Shown here piece by piece: positions 1 to 14,900 of a stretch of 64,000 bases of DNA; within the stretch, counting starts at the first letter, position 1, and each line of letters begins with the position of its first letter. The position numbers and the translations under genes were made by a program. Origin of the DNA: Octopus vulgaris (Eukaryota); the NCBI GenBank assembly GCA_951406725.2, contig OX597829.1, positions 38,006,001-38,070,000 on the forward strand, read 5' to 3'. The notes beneath the pieces were generated by a model. It was not told where the DNA came from. It made no database searches and saw only the letters and a list, made by a program, of their open reading frames with translations.

Positions 1-928
1 CACTCTCATAGACTCACACAGGGCTGGCTTCTCAGTTTTCGTGGCACTGCCACACCCTCTACCCAGATATACATAACGTCATCATCATTTTAATATCCGC
101 TTTACCATGCTTGCATGGGTCATTAGGAGTTTATTTGAGGTAGATTTTCTACAGCCGGATGCTCTTCCTGTCACCAACACACACCGGTTTCCAAGCAAGT
201 TGATATTTCCCCGAGGCCAGACATATTTTCATAAAATATTAGAAATGAACGACACTGCTTATATAAGAGTGACACAGAGATATAGGTAAACAAACATACA
301 TACACACATATATGATGGCTGTCTACTCATTAGATGAGCCTGACCATCAGTGAGAGGTAGTGCCAGCAATGTCTGTGCAAGACTTTTAAGCCAAGTGTAA
401 TATGCACAACACCACAATGACTCTCACTAGTAAAATCAAGGAACCCAGAAACAAGCAAAGTGCAAGACATCTAGGTCATGTGTGTGTGTGTGTGTGTGTG
501 AGGTTTCTTTCAGTTTCCGTCTACCAAATCCACTCATAAGGCTTTGATCAGCTTGAGGCTAAAGTAGAAGACACTTGTCCAAAGTGCCATGCAGTGGGAC
601 TGAACTTGGAACCATGTGGTTGGGAAGCAACCTTCTTACAACACTGTCATTAGCTGGGATCATCAACCTACTTCTATAATAATTCTTCTTCACTACAAAA
701 AAAGTTCTTCAATTTGAGAATTGAGAAGATAATAATGACAACTCATAGGAAAGAAGGATAGCAAATTGTAAAACCATTTGCACCAATAAATAAATCATTT
801 CCCCTGTAAACACAGAAAATAGATCTATTTATTAGGGGGCAAAAAAACAGCAACAACAACAACAAAAAATGCAAAAAAAAATGTGTGTTTTGTGTTTATC
901 ACAACAATCAGATAATAGAAATACTTAC

Positions 929-1105
929 GGGAGACATATTATCATCTAAGTCAGGATATGGTGATTTATGGCCCCGCCTCATTGTTTTACGATTCTCACT
1001 GCCTTTCAATAAAACATCGTATATACCGTCGACATTAGGTGATCGAACGATATAGTCAAACACAGCCCGGGGTACTGATTCACCAACACAATTTAACAGA
1101 ATATG
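929..1105 (-). CDS. PIK3R4: PIK3R4 coding exon 20 ([22 protein letters not shown]...DDNMSP)
   Basis: VxRxxFDY motif; TTGCAG acceptor, GTAAGT donor; gene continues off-window. Confidence 0.93.
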
Positions 1106-4100
1106 CTGCAAGAAATAGTAGGGAGAAGATAAAAGAAAAAAGGGTATACAAAATAAGTTATGCTTAAATAAAATGGCTAAATATGGTTAGTTACAGAATG
1201 AGGAAATACTCAGAAAAATAGTCCAAGAATTATAAATAGATTCAATTAGAATTTGAAATAAGATGTTCTTTGAGAGTTTATATGAGATGTTATAATTTAA
1301 ATCATGCTTAATTGTGAGACAGAACTTAGAAACAGGATACTGCATCATATGTGCACATGCAATTTGCAACCAATACACAAAAGAGCACTTATCTAGCATA
1401 ACGTAGCAATTACAAATTATTGTTATTGAAAATAATCTCAAAGCCAACTGTTTTCTGTTAATTAGAAAACATAACAGCTGTAACAAGTTTACTGCTGACT
1501 TTTAAAAATCAGCCAGTGTCGCCCCAACTGGCCGCTGTGCCGGTGGCACGTAAAAAGCACCATCCGATCGTGGCCATTTGCCAGCCTCGTCTGGCACCTG
1601 CGCCGGTGGCACGTAAAAAGCACCCACTACACTCACGGAGTGGTTGGCATTAGGAAGGGTATCCAGCCGTAGAAACATTGCCAGATCAGACTGGGCCTGG
1701 TGCAGCCTTCTGGCTTCCCAGACCCCAGTTGAACCGTCCAACCCATGCTAGCATGGAAAGCGGACACTAAATGATGATGATGAGGATAATGATGATGTGT
1801 TACTATAATAGTTATCATTTAATTTCCCCACAGTTGCAGGGTGTTGGTACTGATAATAGATATAAGAGATATTAAAGTGAAGTATAGCAGAAGAGGTGAG
1901 AGATAACTGGAGGCATAGAAAGGAGGTAATTGGTGAACATAATGTAAGACAGGATGATAATGAGAACGCAGGATGGAATCTCAGACAGGGTGGTATCAAT
2001 AAGGGTTGAACTGTGAACAAGATAAATCTATCTTTGAAGTTGTCAGTGTTCATAAATTGAAACAGAGAAAGAGATGATAAGAGTGTGTGTGTAAAAAAAA
2101 AAGTGCTGGTTGGTTGGTGTTAGGAAGGGCATCCAGCCGTAGAAACCCTTCCATAACAGACACAGAAGTATGGTGCAGGCTTCTGCCTGGCCAGCTCCAG
2201 TCAAGCCATCCCACCCATGCCAGCTTGGAAGGTGGATGTTTAATGATGACGATGATGTTGATGATTTCATCAGTAGAAAATGCTTGAGAAGTACTTACTT
2301 TTTGGTCAATATGAAGGACACTTTGTTTCAGGAACATTCTAACTCGAGGTATTAAGTTGCAGTGAACATCTGCAACATTTAAAACATGAGCCACAGCAGT
2401 AATAAAACCTATTGCTCCTTGCCTTACCCATATTCCCTGAAAAAGAAGCAAGAATTTATATTTAATCATGTTGAAATCACAAGGTGTTGTTGTTAATTTA
2501 CTGATTAAATTAAGAGCCCAGATAGTATCTATATAACTTCCTCACAACTTCTGTCTTTAAAAAAAATAATCCTGATTCTATCTTAAAGGGAAAATATGAT
2601 ATAACAGAGTTCTTTAGTCAGAGAAGGATTTTTGATAAAACTTTCAAGAATGTTGACAGAAAGGGAGGAGAAAACCAGAGACCTGTCCAGAATTTCTCAC
2701 AAAAGAATAGACTCTGTTAAATACACCCAAAAGTCAGGTTGTGGTGTTAAACTGGTCAGCAGATTAAGTTCACAACCGAAAGATAGTTACAGACCATACA
2801 ATGGGTTTCTGACTTTATAATTTTTACTCACAAGTTTTGAGTCACTTGAAGTTATGGGTATAAGAAACTTGCCTAAAGTGCTAGGAAGTGAGATATGCTC
2901 ATCTAGTTTGGTGTAATGGCAAGTATGCTGTCAGCAGTGATCTGTTGTGCGTCTGGTAATAATTCCTAACAATCAGTGATTTGGTCTGTTCTAAGCAATG
3001 AAGAGCAGAAATGCTTTCACAGAAAAATGGAAATCAAAGACATCATTTGCATGACAGTAACATTAGTTTACAACTATCATGCGATGTCAAGGCAAAGAGA
3101 TAGTAATGCATGCATGCACAACAGGCTTCTTTCAGTTTCCATCTACTAAATCCACTCTCGAGGCTTTTGCTGGCCTGGGGCTATAACAGAAGACACGTTT
3201 CTAATGTGAATATATGAAAAGTAAATGGAAAAATAACAAAACTGGCAATGAAGGCCAACGTCAGTAACCCAGGGATTGCAGAATTTTGTTTTGGGCTACA
3301 ACAGCTGTGAGATTCATGTGGTCGTCCTCTGAATCTGTTGTTGATTGTTGAGCTGTAGTTTAGCTATTGAATTGACAGCTCAGTCTGTCTAGCCATAAAT
3401 CGATGTGACTCAGAGCTACAGTTCACAGCCATAAGCAAACTGAACTTCATGTAATTGATGCTAACTAATTGTGTTGAGTTCAATAGTGTGCCATAGGCTG
3501 GAAAGGTGATCAGTATTGTTGTTGTTGTCGTTGGGCTCTGTCACAAAATGCTTAGCTTACAAACTGGTGCCATTATTCCTATGTCATAGCTGGATTGCAG
3601 AGAATAGAAAGGGCAAACATCTGTATAAACATCTTGTATATGAGAACATGTAAATGACTCAAGTTGGAGGTTGTTTCTATGTGATTACTCAATCTGTTAG
3701 AAATAGTAGTTAAAGTTACCCCAAATCATACCATGTAATCTTAAAAATGAAAGACAAATTACATAATGGGTTTCAAAAAAACAAATTGCTATGGTCAAGG
3801 CTGGAATGTTTATAATCATAAGTTTGCTCAATTAGAGCTGACCTATGGTTAGTAATAGAAAATATAAAAAATATCCCAATTAAAAATAAACCCAAAAAAA
3901 CCATCATAGGCACAGGAGTGGCTGTGTGGTAAGTAGCTTGTTTACCAACCACATGGTTCCGGGTTCAGTCCCACTGCGTGGCACCTTCAGCAAGTGTCTT
4001 CTACTATAGTCTCGGGCCGACCAAAGCCTTGTGAGTGGATTTGGTAGATGGAAACTGAAAGAAGCCCGTCGTATGTATATATATATATATATATATAGGC

Positions 4101-7100
4101 GTGTGCGTGTTTGTCCCCCTAGCATTGCTTGACAACCGATGCTGGTGTGTTTATGTCCACGTTACTTAGCGGTTCGGCAAAAGAGACCGATAGAATAAGT
4201 ACTGGGCTTACAAAAGAATAAGTCCCGAGGTCGAGTAGCTCGATTAAAGGCGGTGCTCCAGCATGGCCACAGTCAAATGACTGAAACAAGTAAAAGAGTA
4301 AAAGATAGATACCATCCATCCTGATTTGAGCAACTTAATATAAAACAGTTTAAAATAAAAATAATTCTTTCTATTAATGGCACAAAGACTGAAAAATTTT
4401 GGAGGATGTAGGGGGGTGTAGTTGATTGCATTGACCCCAGTGTTTGACTGGTATTTATTTTATTGACCCAGAAAGGACGAAAGACAAAGTCAGCCTTAAT
4501 ATTAATAGACAAATCAAAACCTACGGATGGTTTTAAAATAAGAGAAAACCAGTTCTTGGCTGCTGCTGCCATTAGCCACCACCACTTCCACAATCACCAC
4601 TTTATGTGCCAGTACAGGTTGGTAAGAGCACCATGTCTTGCTTGTATCTCTTACTAGCAGTATTGCCCGGCGTTGCTCGGGTTTGTAAGGGAAATAACTA
4701 TATAAGCATTTTTAGAGAGTTACTTCCCTTATATAACCAGAGCAAAAATCATAAAAAATGCGGAAAATGATGGTAACATTTTTTTAAATCGTAGATTCAT
4801 CATAGACGCACGCTAATACCCAGAAGGGCTCGATATGAATGACGACTATAAGATACCCGCTTTTGGTTAAACTGCACCACAAAATGTGGGAGTAGTTAGG
4901 AATCTAATTCGGAGGAGACAGAGTCTCACACACACAACTTCAATTTTATATATAAAGATTTATTGGAATGGTTTCTTTGACTGGATGCCCTTTCTAACAC
5001 CAGCCACTTTATAGCTGTGTCTCACTGTAGCAACAACACTAAAGAACTGTTGTTATCTTTACAAGACTATTTGGTCCTCTTGATGCTATTGTGCCTCTGT
5101 TCATTTACTAACTATTTTTACAAATACTTCATGAAAATAATTAGTTAATTTAAATTATTTTCCCTTACATTATGATGTTAAGAGAAAAAAAAAAAAGCAG
5201 TTACCAAATTAAGAAAAATTTTTCAAAATACTTACAGGATGTGCTAAAAATGGTACAACTTCCTGGATGAAATCATAAAGCATAATCTTCTGAATAAGGC
5301 CCAGTTCTACTAGAGCTGATAGCGCTCCTAGAGATCTATAAATTACAAACTCTTCACTGTCACTAAGACCCTAAAAAGGAAGAGAAATAATAAAATAAAT
5401 AAATAAAAGGTATCAGTATTTTAATCCTTTAACATCCAAATTTCTTTCACAAATGTAAAGTTTATTTATTCACATTGTTTTCAATAGTCGCGCATTATCT
5501 CGTAGCTTCAAGATTTCAATGAGGCGATTGTTTATTTTTAGAATGACATTGTAGGGTAGATGTGGAAGGATATATCTAGGCAGTTTGAACATAAAACAAG
5601 TAGTATATTTGGACTGGATATGGACAATTTAAATGCTAAGGGGTTAAAGTGTACATTAGATGTGCACAGTCTTGAAAAAAAAAAAACCATGCAACTATAA
5701 TTAAGAATTATAGTTGTATAAACACTTTAGCATTCAGATTGCTCTGTCAAAAGTAGAATATTTGAGCTGGTAGTTGTGATCCCTGATGCCAGCGCCGCCT
5801 TGACTGGCTTCCGTGCCAGTGGCACGTAAAAAGCACCAATCCGATCGTGGCCATTGCCAGCCTTGCCTGGCACGTAAAAAACACCCACTACACTCTCGGA
5901 GTGGTTGGCGTTAGGAAGGGCATCCAGCTGCAGAAACACTACCAGATCAGACTGGAACCTGGTGCAGCCTTCTGGCTTCCCAGATCCCAGTTGAACCGTC
6001 CCACCCATGCTTGCATGGAAAACGGACGTTAAATGATGAACGACGATGATATGGCTGGTTTAAATGTTAAGGGTTAAGTTGTTTGGATCTGGGGGTTCCT
6101 ACTGGCTGAAAGGCTTATGGTTAATTGGTACCATCACCTACATTATACAAAAATACTCAACTCTCATCAGCTCAGTAGGTCTAGCTGCAAACAGATGTAA
6201 GCAAGCTGAGCATTGTGTATTTGATGCTACCAGGTTGTACTGAGTTTGAAACTGCACCACAGACTGGTGACATTTATTATTGCTGTTATTATCTACCTTT
6301 CACCTGTTCTAGTAGAGCAGAATTACAAATACAAAGAACCCCAATTATAGCTTCTAAAGACTTTTGTTTGCTAACAATCATTATCATTACCATGTCAAAT
6401 CACAGAAGAACAAAGGACAATTTTTTTTTATAACTCAATTCTTGCTGTTAAACTACAAGGGCACCTTGACATCCATGTGGCTTACCTGTTGTATGAGTGG
6501 TTTCAAAACACATGAGCTTTGCCATCCCACGTAAGCAGCTACACCAACAACATTCTCAAAAAATGAAGCCCTTAACTGCCAATCAAGCTGAAACACAAAG
6601 AAAAATTTTGCAACGTAACATTCTTCAAAATCATTTTAAATACAAGACTTTAAAATTCATAGCAAGCCAAAAAACAAAAAAGGAAATGCAAATTTCTTTG
6701 TATATAAGCAATGTCATTCATTTCCAGTCTTCTATACAAAATGTGTCTGGCCAAGGTGATATGTTACAAAATAAATACAAATATTTGAGTGTCTGTATAT
6801 GTGTATATCATCATCACCATCATTTTAACATCAACTTTTCCACAACTGCATGGATCAGATCAAATTCACTGCGGGATTTTCTATGGCCAGATGCTCTTCC
6901 TGTTGCAAAGCAAAATAACGTTAAACCTAGGCCAGACATAGACAACTAGAAATGAACACCTTTGCTTATATACTGGTGATGCTCATCTACAACCATCATT
7001 TGATGTCCAGACAAGGGTACACACAAACACATACGTATGTATATCTATATTCCGCCCCGACGGGCCTCCGTACCGGTGGCACATAAAAAGCACCATCCGA

Positions 7101-8922
7101 TCATGGCTGTTGCCAGCCTTGCCTGGCCCCCGTGCCGGTGGCACGTAAAAAGCACCATCCGACTGTGGCCATTTGCTAGCCCCATCTGGCAGCTGTGCCG
7201 GTGGCATGTAAAAAGCACCCACTACACTCTCGGAGTGGTTGACGTTAGGAAGGGCATCCAGCAGTAGAAACATTGCCAGATCAGACTGGGCCTGGTGCAG
7301 CCTTCTGGCTTCCCAGACCCCAGTTGAACCGTCCAACCCATGCTAGCATGGAAAGCGGATGCTAAATGATGATATATCTATATCCACACACACACACATA
7401 TATATTTATACACAAATACACGAGTTACTTTCATGTTCCATTTAAAAAAATTTCACTCACAATGCTTTGGTAGGCCCAGGGCTACAGTTAAAGAAACTTG
7501 CTTAAGGTGTCATGCAGTAGGATTGAACCAGAAACTTCATGGTTGGGAAGCAAGTTTCTTAAACAACCAGTAATGTCTGCCCTGTTGCTATTTACACCAT
7601 ATGCCTAAGTTATAGTGTGAAATTTCCTATCAGCCCACAGTATTTCATAGCTGTACACACATCCTTTCTTTGTGTTGTCTGTGAAACTACTTCCACCTGT
7701 GAAGTAAGATATCATTTCATTATAGTGTGGTACTTTTGAATGTTTTACATCCATTTTTCCATGCGAGTAATGGTTTGAAGAATACATATATCTGAGGCCT
7801 TGTTTAACAGTCATCAATCCGTTTTTTTGTTGAGGAATGCCACGTTTGAAAGTATTCTATGTTGAGCCATGTCGAGTTTATTGAAATAACATGATCTGCA
7901 GAAAATACCAGTTCTATTTTAAATAAATATTTGACATTACTGGAATAACCATGAAATTTAATTTTGAAGTTAAAGGGTTAAAGAGATGGGCACACATACA
8001 CACCACATAGGCCTCCCACTCTTATCTAAAATGTAATTCAATATTAATAATTCGCCGGTGGCACATAAAAAGCACCATCCGTTCGTGGCCGTTTGCCAGC
8101 TCTGTCTGGCACCTGTGCGGGTGGCACGTAAAAAGCACCCACTCACGGAGTGGTTGGCGTTAGGAAGGGCATCCAGCCGTAGAAACACTGCCAGATCTGA
8201 CTGGGCCTGATGAAGCCTTCTGGCTTCACAGACCCCAGTTGAACTGTCCAACCCATGCTAGCATGGAAAACGGACGCTAAACGATGATGATGATGATGAT
8301 GATGATGATGATAATCATAATCTCTTAGCAGACCAACCAAGAAATTTATTTTCTTCTTTGTTGAATGCTTCCTTTATGGTGATGCTGTTGATGACTCTGT
8401 CTCTGTAGACCAATTCTTGCATAGAAGAATTGATGGCATTGACTGCATTGTAATGTTGGCAGAGGACAAGGTGAATTTTGTGAAGCCTTTCTTTCCTGTT
8501 GTTTCATTTCTTCCTTTTCTCTTCTGGTGGCTTTCAAGTTTTTGGTTCCGATGGTGATGGAACACTGCCACTTGGTACAGTCTTAAGCCTGTGTTTAGGC
8601 TCAAGTCCAGTGGCCTTTAGTGTTGCTTTGAGTTGGTCTTTGTATCTTCGAAGAGGGCAATCCCACAGTCTTTTCACTGAAGTGAACTCACTGAATGAGA
8701 CTTGGTATGGTAACCTTGAGCGACTATACAAATGCTATTTAGCTGATAACATGTTTTGATTACTGAATATAATTTACAGGTGATATATATTGAAGATTGT
8801 AAACAAGTAAATAAGGCTTACCTTGTCATTTAGGAATGTTATCATATGGGAAAGAAGGATATCACTGGCTGCAATAAAGAAGTCACAAAAGAAAATGTAA
8901 AACACCAGCTGAAGTTATTTAT

Positions 8923-8964
<42 letters not shown>

Positions 8965-11900
8965 GGTATGTGATTAGGAAGAAAGAAAAGTCGAGAGATA
9001 TGACAGGTTAGCTTGGGAAGTTAAGAAGTTGGGGTCAATGAAAAAGGTAGCAGTAGTACCAATAACTGTCTGAGCCCTGGGAACAGTGAGAAAAAATCTC
9101 AAGAGGTATGTGGGACAAATAGGGGCTGCAATAAGGGTGGAGCACTTGCAGAAAACAGTACTGCCTGGAACCACTTGAATACTCCGGAAGGTGCTCAAAA
9201 AATAAGAGGTGTTACCTTAGTTCACTGCTAGTCTCTAGCGTTAGAAGCTGTGCAAAGGCAATGATAATAATAATAATGATGATGATGATGGTGATGCTTC
9301 CAAATTTTGGCACATTTTGGGGGAGTGGGTAAGTCGATAACATCAACCTCAGTTGATCAACTGGTACTTATTTTATTGACCCCAAAAGGATGAAAGGTGA
9401 AGACAACCATAGCGGAATTTGAACTTGGAAAGAAGAAGAAGAAGAAGAAGAAGAAGAAGAAGAAGAAGAAGAAGAAGAAGGAAGAAGAAGAAGTAGTAAT
9501 AGTAGTAGTAGTAGTAGTAGGAGGAGGAGGAGAAGAAGAAGAAGAAGAAGAAGAAGAAGAAGAAGAAGAAGAAGAAGAAGAAAAAGGAGGAGGAGGAGGA
9601 TGTGGAGAAGAAGAAGAAGAAGAAGCATAATACAAAAAGCTGTTGTGATTTTAGCTTATGAAAAGCCTCACTATTACGTTGTTGTGATTGGCTCATGGTT
9701 ATGTTTGTATTTTGCATTTTGTTGGTTAATTGTTCTTTTTTTCTTTAGGGGGAGGAAAAATGTTGTGATTTTAAGTTTTGATCACGATTTTGATTGTCTC
9801 GATTGCTGCTATATGCCTGCAGTGCGACTGCGCGGAGCTCTGTTCTGTTTGCAGACGACAATCAGCGTTGATTTTGGTTAGTCGATAATGTAGCAACTTG
9901 CTGCAGAAAAATGTTATTGCGTTGAACTCTGGTTTTGCTTACAATTTAGCAATCTTTGTTTGTATTGTATATTGCTGTATTTTTAGTTGATCAAAACCTT
10001 TTAAACATTGATAGTCGAGTTTGGGTTTTATAACAATAGCCAAGACCCAACAAAATAAGACATCACAAACAGAGAATATTCTGTGCAACAAACACAGGAA
10101 ATTCTAAAATAAAATCAGAAGCAGAATGCTACACACACCTGAAGAATACAGTCATATATCTATTTCTTTACTACCCACAAGGGGCTAAACACAGAGAGGA
10201 CAAATAAGGACAAATGGATTAAGTTGATTATATCGACCCCAGTGCGTAACTGGTACTTAATTTACCGACCCCAAAAGGATGAAAGGCAAAGTCGACCTCG
10301 GCAGAATTTGAACTCAGAACGCATTGGCAGATGAAATACGGCTACGCATTTCGCCCGGCATGCTAACGATTCTGCCAGCTCGCTGCATATGATCATATAT
10401 CTGGTGGTGCAATGGAAGCTCTCATGGAACGTTAAAAAACATGTTAATAGTATTATTTCATTCCATTACTTGGCACAGGAGATGCTTAGCAACATTTAGT
10501 CCAACTTTAAGTTGGGTCAATGAAATGTGTACAAAGTTGAGCACTGGGATTGATATAATCGACTAACTCCTTCCCTAAATTTCAGGCCTTGTACCTATAG
10601 TACACAAGGGCAATGGAGAAAGGGACATTACAGAAATGGCAAGGGTTTACATAGAATCAAGTATGAAAGGGATCTTTTTGGTTTGAACGGCAGTTTTTTT
10701 CTAGTGGTGTCATATGAAATTGTCACCCATAATTATGACCCTAGTATTGATCTATTGCATTTCAATCTGTTTTAGGGTTAGGCGTGGGGGGAAGAGTATC
10801 TTTTTTCTTCACAAATGTAAATAAACCCAATCTGTTTCTTAAACAAGGGCCATATTCATATGGCACAGAATGTTTTTTTTTACCTCAATAGACATTGATT
10901 GGTTGAAATTGCAAAATTAAAGAAAAAAAACAACAAATATCTTACAAACTATAGAATTTTCTCAATAAAGCCAAGAGAAAAAGATGTTTTATAAACACAT
11001 TCTACCAGTATATGAAGTTAAAAATTTTTTAGTTACCTAGAAATTATGTTAAAAACTGCTGTTCAAACCGAAAAGATCCTATGGAAGAACAGGCATGGAA
11101 ACAACAAAAACCATTATGGTGTTAATGGTGCATTAAAAAGCATTCGATCCACATTGTAAGACACATACGGCACCAAAAAGAGAGTTAGTTTATGTTACTA
11201 TGTGTGCAATATAATGCAGACTGTGGTAACTTGTCCAACTTTTGCCAGCATAGAAAAAAATCTAAAATCTCAGTTATACAACATCATCATCGGTTAACAT
11301 CCGCTTTCCATTTTAGCATGGGTTGGACGTATGACTGAGGGCTGGCGAACCAGATGGCTGTGCTAGGCTTCAATCTTGATCTGGCAGAGTTTCTACAGCT
11401 GGATGCCCTTCCTAATGCCAACCACTCCGAGAGTGTACTGGGTGCTTTTACATGCCACCAGCACGGGGGCCAGTCAAGCGGTACTGGCAACGACCTCACT
11501 TGAATCTTTTACACATGCCTCTGGCACAGGTGCCAGTAAGGTGATGCTGGTAACGATCACGCTCGAATGGTGTCATTTACACACCACCAGCATGGAGGCC
11601 AGATAGCCGCTCTGGCAATGATCACACTCGGATGGTGCTCTTAATACCCTACTATACATTTTATTTAAAATACTTTTATTCTTTTTGTAGCTTGTAAATG
11701 AAGATCCCATCTTCTTTAGTGTAGAAGCAGCATCAGTAAACTTTTTTCCTCTCAAAGGGTTAAAATTTGTGATTAAATTAACATATATGACAGCTTACAA
11801 GAATGACTTCTTTTCCAAAAAAATGTTCCAGAAAATCACCTGGCATTTTACAAATACAAGGATAGGGTCTAGGTTACTAGCAAGTGGTTGATCCTGAAAG

Positions 11901-14900
11901 AGTTTGCCAAAACTAGAGGTCAACATTATAGTCTATTTCAAATGATTTTGAAAACAATGAATAAATTAGTAAAATAATTTTGTCATTAATAAGCTGCTGT
12001 CTGGAAAATCAACATTAAATTAATTGTTTAATACCTGGTTTTAATTTAGATGACTTTAAGACAAAAAAATTTTTATCACAGAACTCAAAGCGGTCTCTGA
12101 TCAGTTGGCATCTAAAGAGCTAAAAGCAGTCAAATATGGTAGATTTTTATTAATGGTTTAGTTAACAGGGGAATGGCAGTGCTACTCATGGTCTGTTTTC
12201 AGAAGTTCCATAATGAGAGAGGAAAGAAGGAAGTTATTGTCACACCAGAGATCAGACCAGAATGCCTGTAACATTAATGGCAATTGAAGGCCAAGTAGTG
12301 GACTTAAAATGAACACCAGATTATCCATGGATGTACCTAGCATAATATTAAGAACTGTTATTTTACTTCTTGTCAGTACTTATGGAAGGATATTTTATAT
12401 TTACCCTTTTGGCGACCAAAGAAAACACAGAGACGAGTAAAACCATTTTCCAACAGTGTCTGTTTCACAATATTATCCTGGTCACATAACAACATAACAA
12501 CTTTCTGCTGGATAATTTCTTGAAGCGTTTGTAGTTCTGCATCATAGCTGACCTATAGAAATTAGACAAAGGAATCATAAAGTATAGAACTTAGAGAAAA
12601 TAAGAATAGCTGACTGAATACAAAGCAATGCAAAAGTGTCTAGAAGAGACAGTGTTCTTTTAATAACTATAGTTTCTATAGTTTGTGTCCCCAAAGTCCA
12701 CCCCCTCCTCACCATGGTGGAGACACTGGCAATGGGTAGTGTCAGAGCTATGCCATCGGAAACTTCGGTTCCTGGTAGGGCCACCCAAAGCGGATTGGTC
12801 TGACACTGAGTGGTATTAGGGCCACAACCCGGCAGACGGGGCTCTGGTGAAAATCCTCGGAGTGTCTGTTTCGGCAACCAGCGGCTCCTCGGTTGTTCTG
12901 TCCCTGCGTCCGCGGACAATCTGTGGCAAACAGGATTGTTGGGGACCGCTTGTGAAATCCACATATTCCCACGAAACTTCTTCGATGGTAGAAGAAGCCG
13001 ACTCAACCCGCCCAGGGTGAATGTCGCCACAAGTACAAGTAAGTAGTTTCTAATACAGGAACATGGTCATAAATTTGGAGTAAGGAAACGGTTGGTTAGA
13101 ATGATTTCAGTCAGTGCTTGACAGGTAATAATTTTTATCCAAACCCAACAGAAAGAAAACAAAGTTCATGGAGGCAGGATCTAAATTCATAAAATAAAGA
13201 TAGTGAAATATTTTATATATAGGCAGAGGTGTGACTGTGTAGTAAGTAGCTTGCTTATGAACCACATGGTTCCAGGTTCAATCCCACTGTATGGCACCTT
13301 GGGCAAGTGTCTTCTACTATAGCCTCGGGTCAACCAAAGCCTTGTGAGTGGATTTGGTAGACAGAAACTGAAAGAAGCCTGTTGTATATATGTGTATATA
13401 TATGTTTGTGTGTATATATGTTTGTCCCCCCAACATTGCTTGACAACTGATGCTGGTGTGTTTACGTCCCCGTAACTTAGCGGCTCGGCAAAAGAGACCG
13501 ATAGAATAAGTACTAGGCTTACAAAGAATAAGTCCTGGGATCGATTTGCTCGATTAAAGGCGGTGCTCCAGCATGGCCACAGTCAAATGACTGAAACAAG
13601 TAAAAATGTATATGATTGTTTGAGATGGTCGACACTGCTTGCTTGCTTGCTTCATGCTCTTCCTTGATGAGGCTGGGTTCATCCCAGATTAGTGATCTCA
13701 GAGATGACCAGGTCAACCAGTGCACTCCACTGCTGGTGGGTCCCCTTACCAGCCCTTCTGCATTTTCCGAGGTGATATTGCACCTCTGGAGATCTTGGTT
13801 TACACTTCTTGATTGTAACGTCTTCATAATCTGACACCAAGACACTTACTCTTTAGGTGAACATATATCACCCAGTTTAGCCAAAACACTGCTACCACTA
13901 TCTGGTTCTTGGAACTATTTAGTCTATCTTGTAAGTATTTAGATCAGGTTTTTAGTCACCTCCCTTTCTTCCATATGTCTCAGAGACCTAAAACAGGGGA
14001 ACATGAATGCAATCCTTCCTTTACTAATTCATTAAAAAAATGTTTCTACCTTATAAAACCTGAACTTGTGTGGTGAGGCTGATATGAAGTGCTACTTCTG
14101 GTTCAGATGCATTATGGGATATCTTAGTTGAAGATTGGTGGACAGTAGTTTGCTCAAATATGGATGGATACATATCTTTTAAGCTAGATCATACTGAAGT
14201 TCAATGTTTTAGCTGAATAAAATTATTTGCTTCTCAGCTGCTGTACCTCATTACACCAGAGACAGTGAAACTATCTGTATATCACCTTTATTAAAGAGGT
14301 GGAGTATTGAGTGCACAAAATGGATTTAGGTAGAGTTAGTTCAGTGGACCAAAGACCATCGTACAAGAGGCATAAGAAGCTGAGTAGGTTAATCAAAGAA
14401 GTAACTCTTTTTAGGATAAAATATGGTACCTGTATGTATCGCCTAGCGTGATCGTTACCAACATCGCCTTACTGGCACCTGTGCTGGTGGCATGCGTAAA
14501 ATCTTTTGAGCGAGGTTGTTGCCAGTACCGCCTGACAGGCCCCCGTGCCGGTGGCACGTAAAAAGCACCCACTACACCCTCGGAGTGGTTGGTGTTAGAA
14601 AGGGCATCCAGCTGTAGAAACTCCAAATCAAGATTGGAGCCTGGGCAGCCATCAGGTTCGCCAGCCCTCAGTCAAAATCGTCCAACCCATACTAGCATGG
14701 AAAGGAGATGTTAAACGATGATGGTGATGATTGTTCCAGACATAGAAGTAGCAGTTCAATATAGGCTTTACTTGGGCTTGTAAAGTCTCAACTACAGATC
14801 AAGACTTAACACTGTTCTGGGATGCAGTCATGAGAATATTTATTACAGGTGTGAGGGTGCATCCTGATATCTCCTCGATAGCATCTTTATCTCTCTTTCT

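Noticed and set aside
1502-1741. Recurrent [17 protein letters not shown] ORFs resembling a gene family
   Set aside because: Antisense reading of the RTE 3' UTR repeat; frames and stops are not conserved among copies.
6497-6949. 150-aa plus-strand ORF
   Set aside because: Antisense to exon 17 and runs through AT-rich intron and repeat sequence; no recognisable motif.
9357-9717. Poly-Ser/Leu/Phe/Lys/Glu ORFs
   Set aside because: Translations of a compound trinucleotide microsatellite.
12830-12960. HDV-like or twister ribozyme in the GC-rich insert or RTE tails
   Set aside because: TCCTCG motifs are present, but I could not build the nested double pseudoknot, and no twister core was found.
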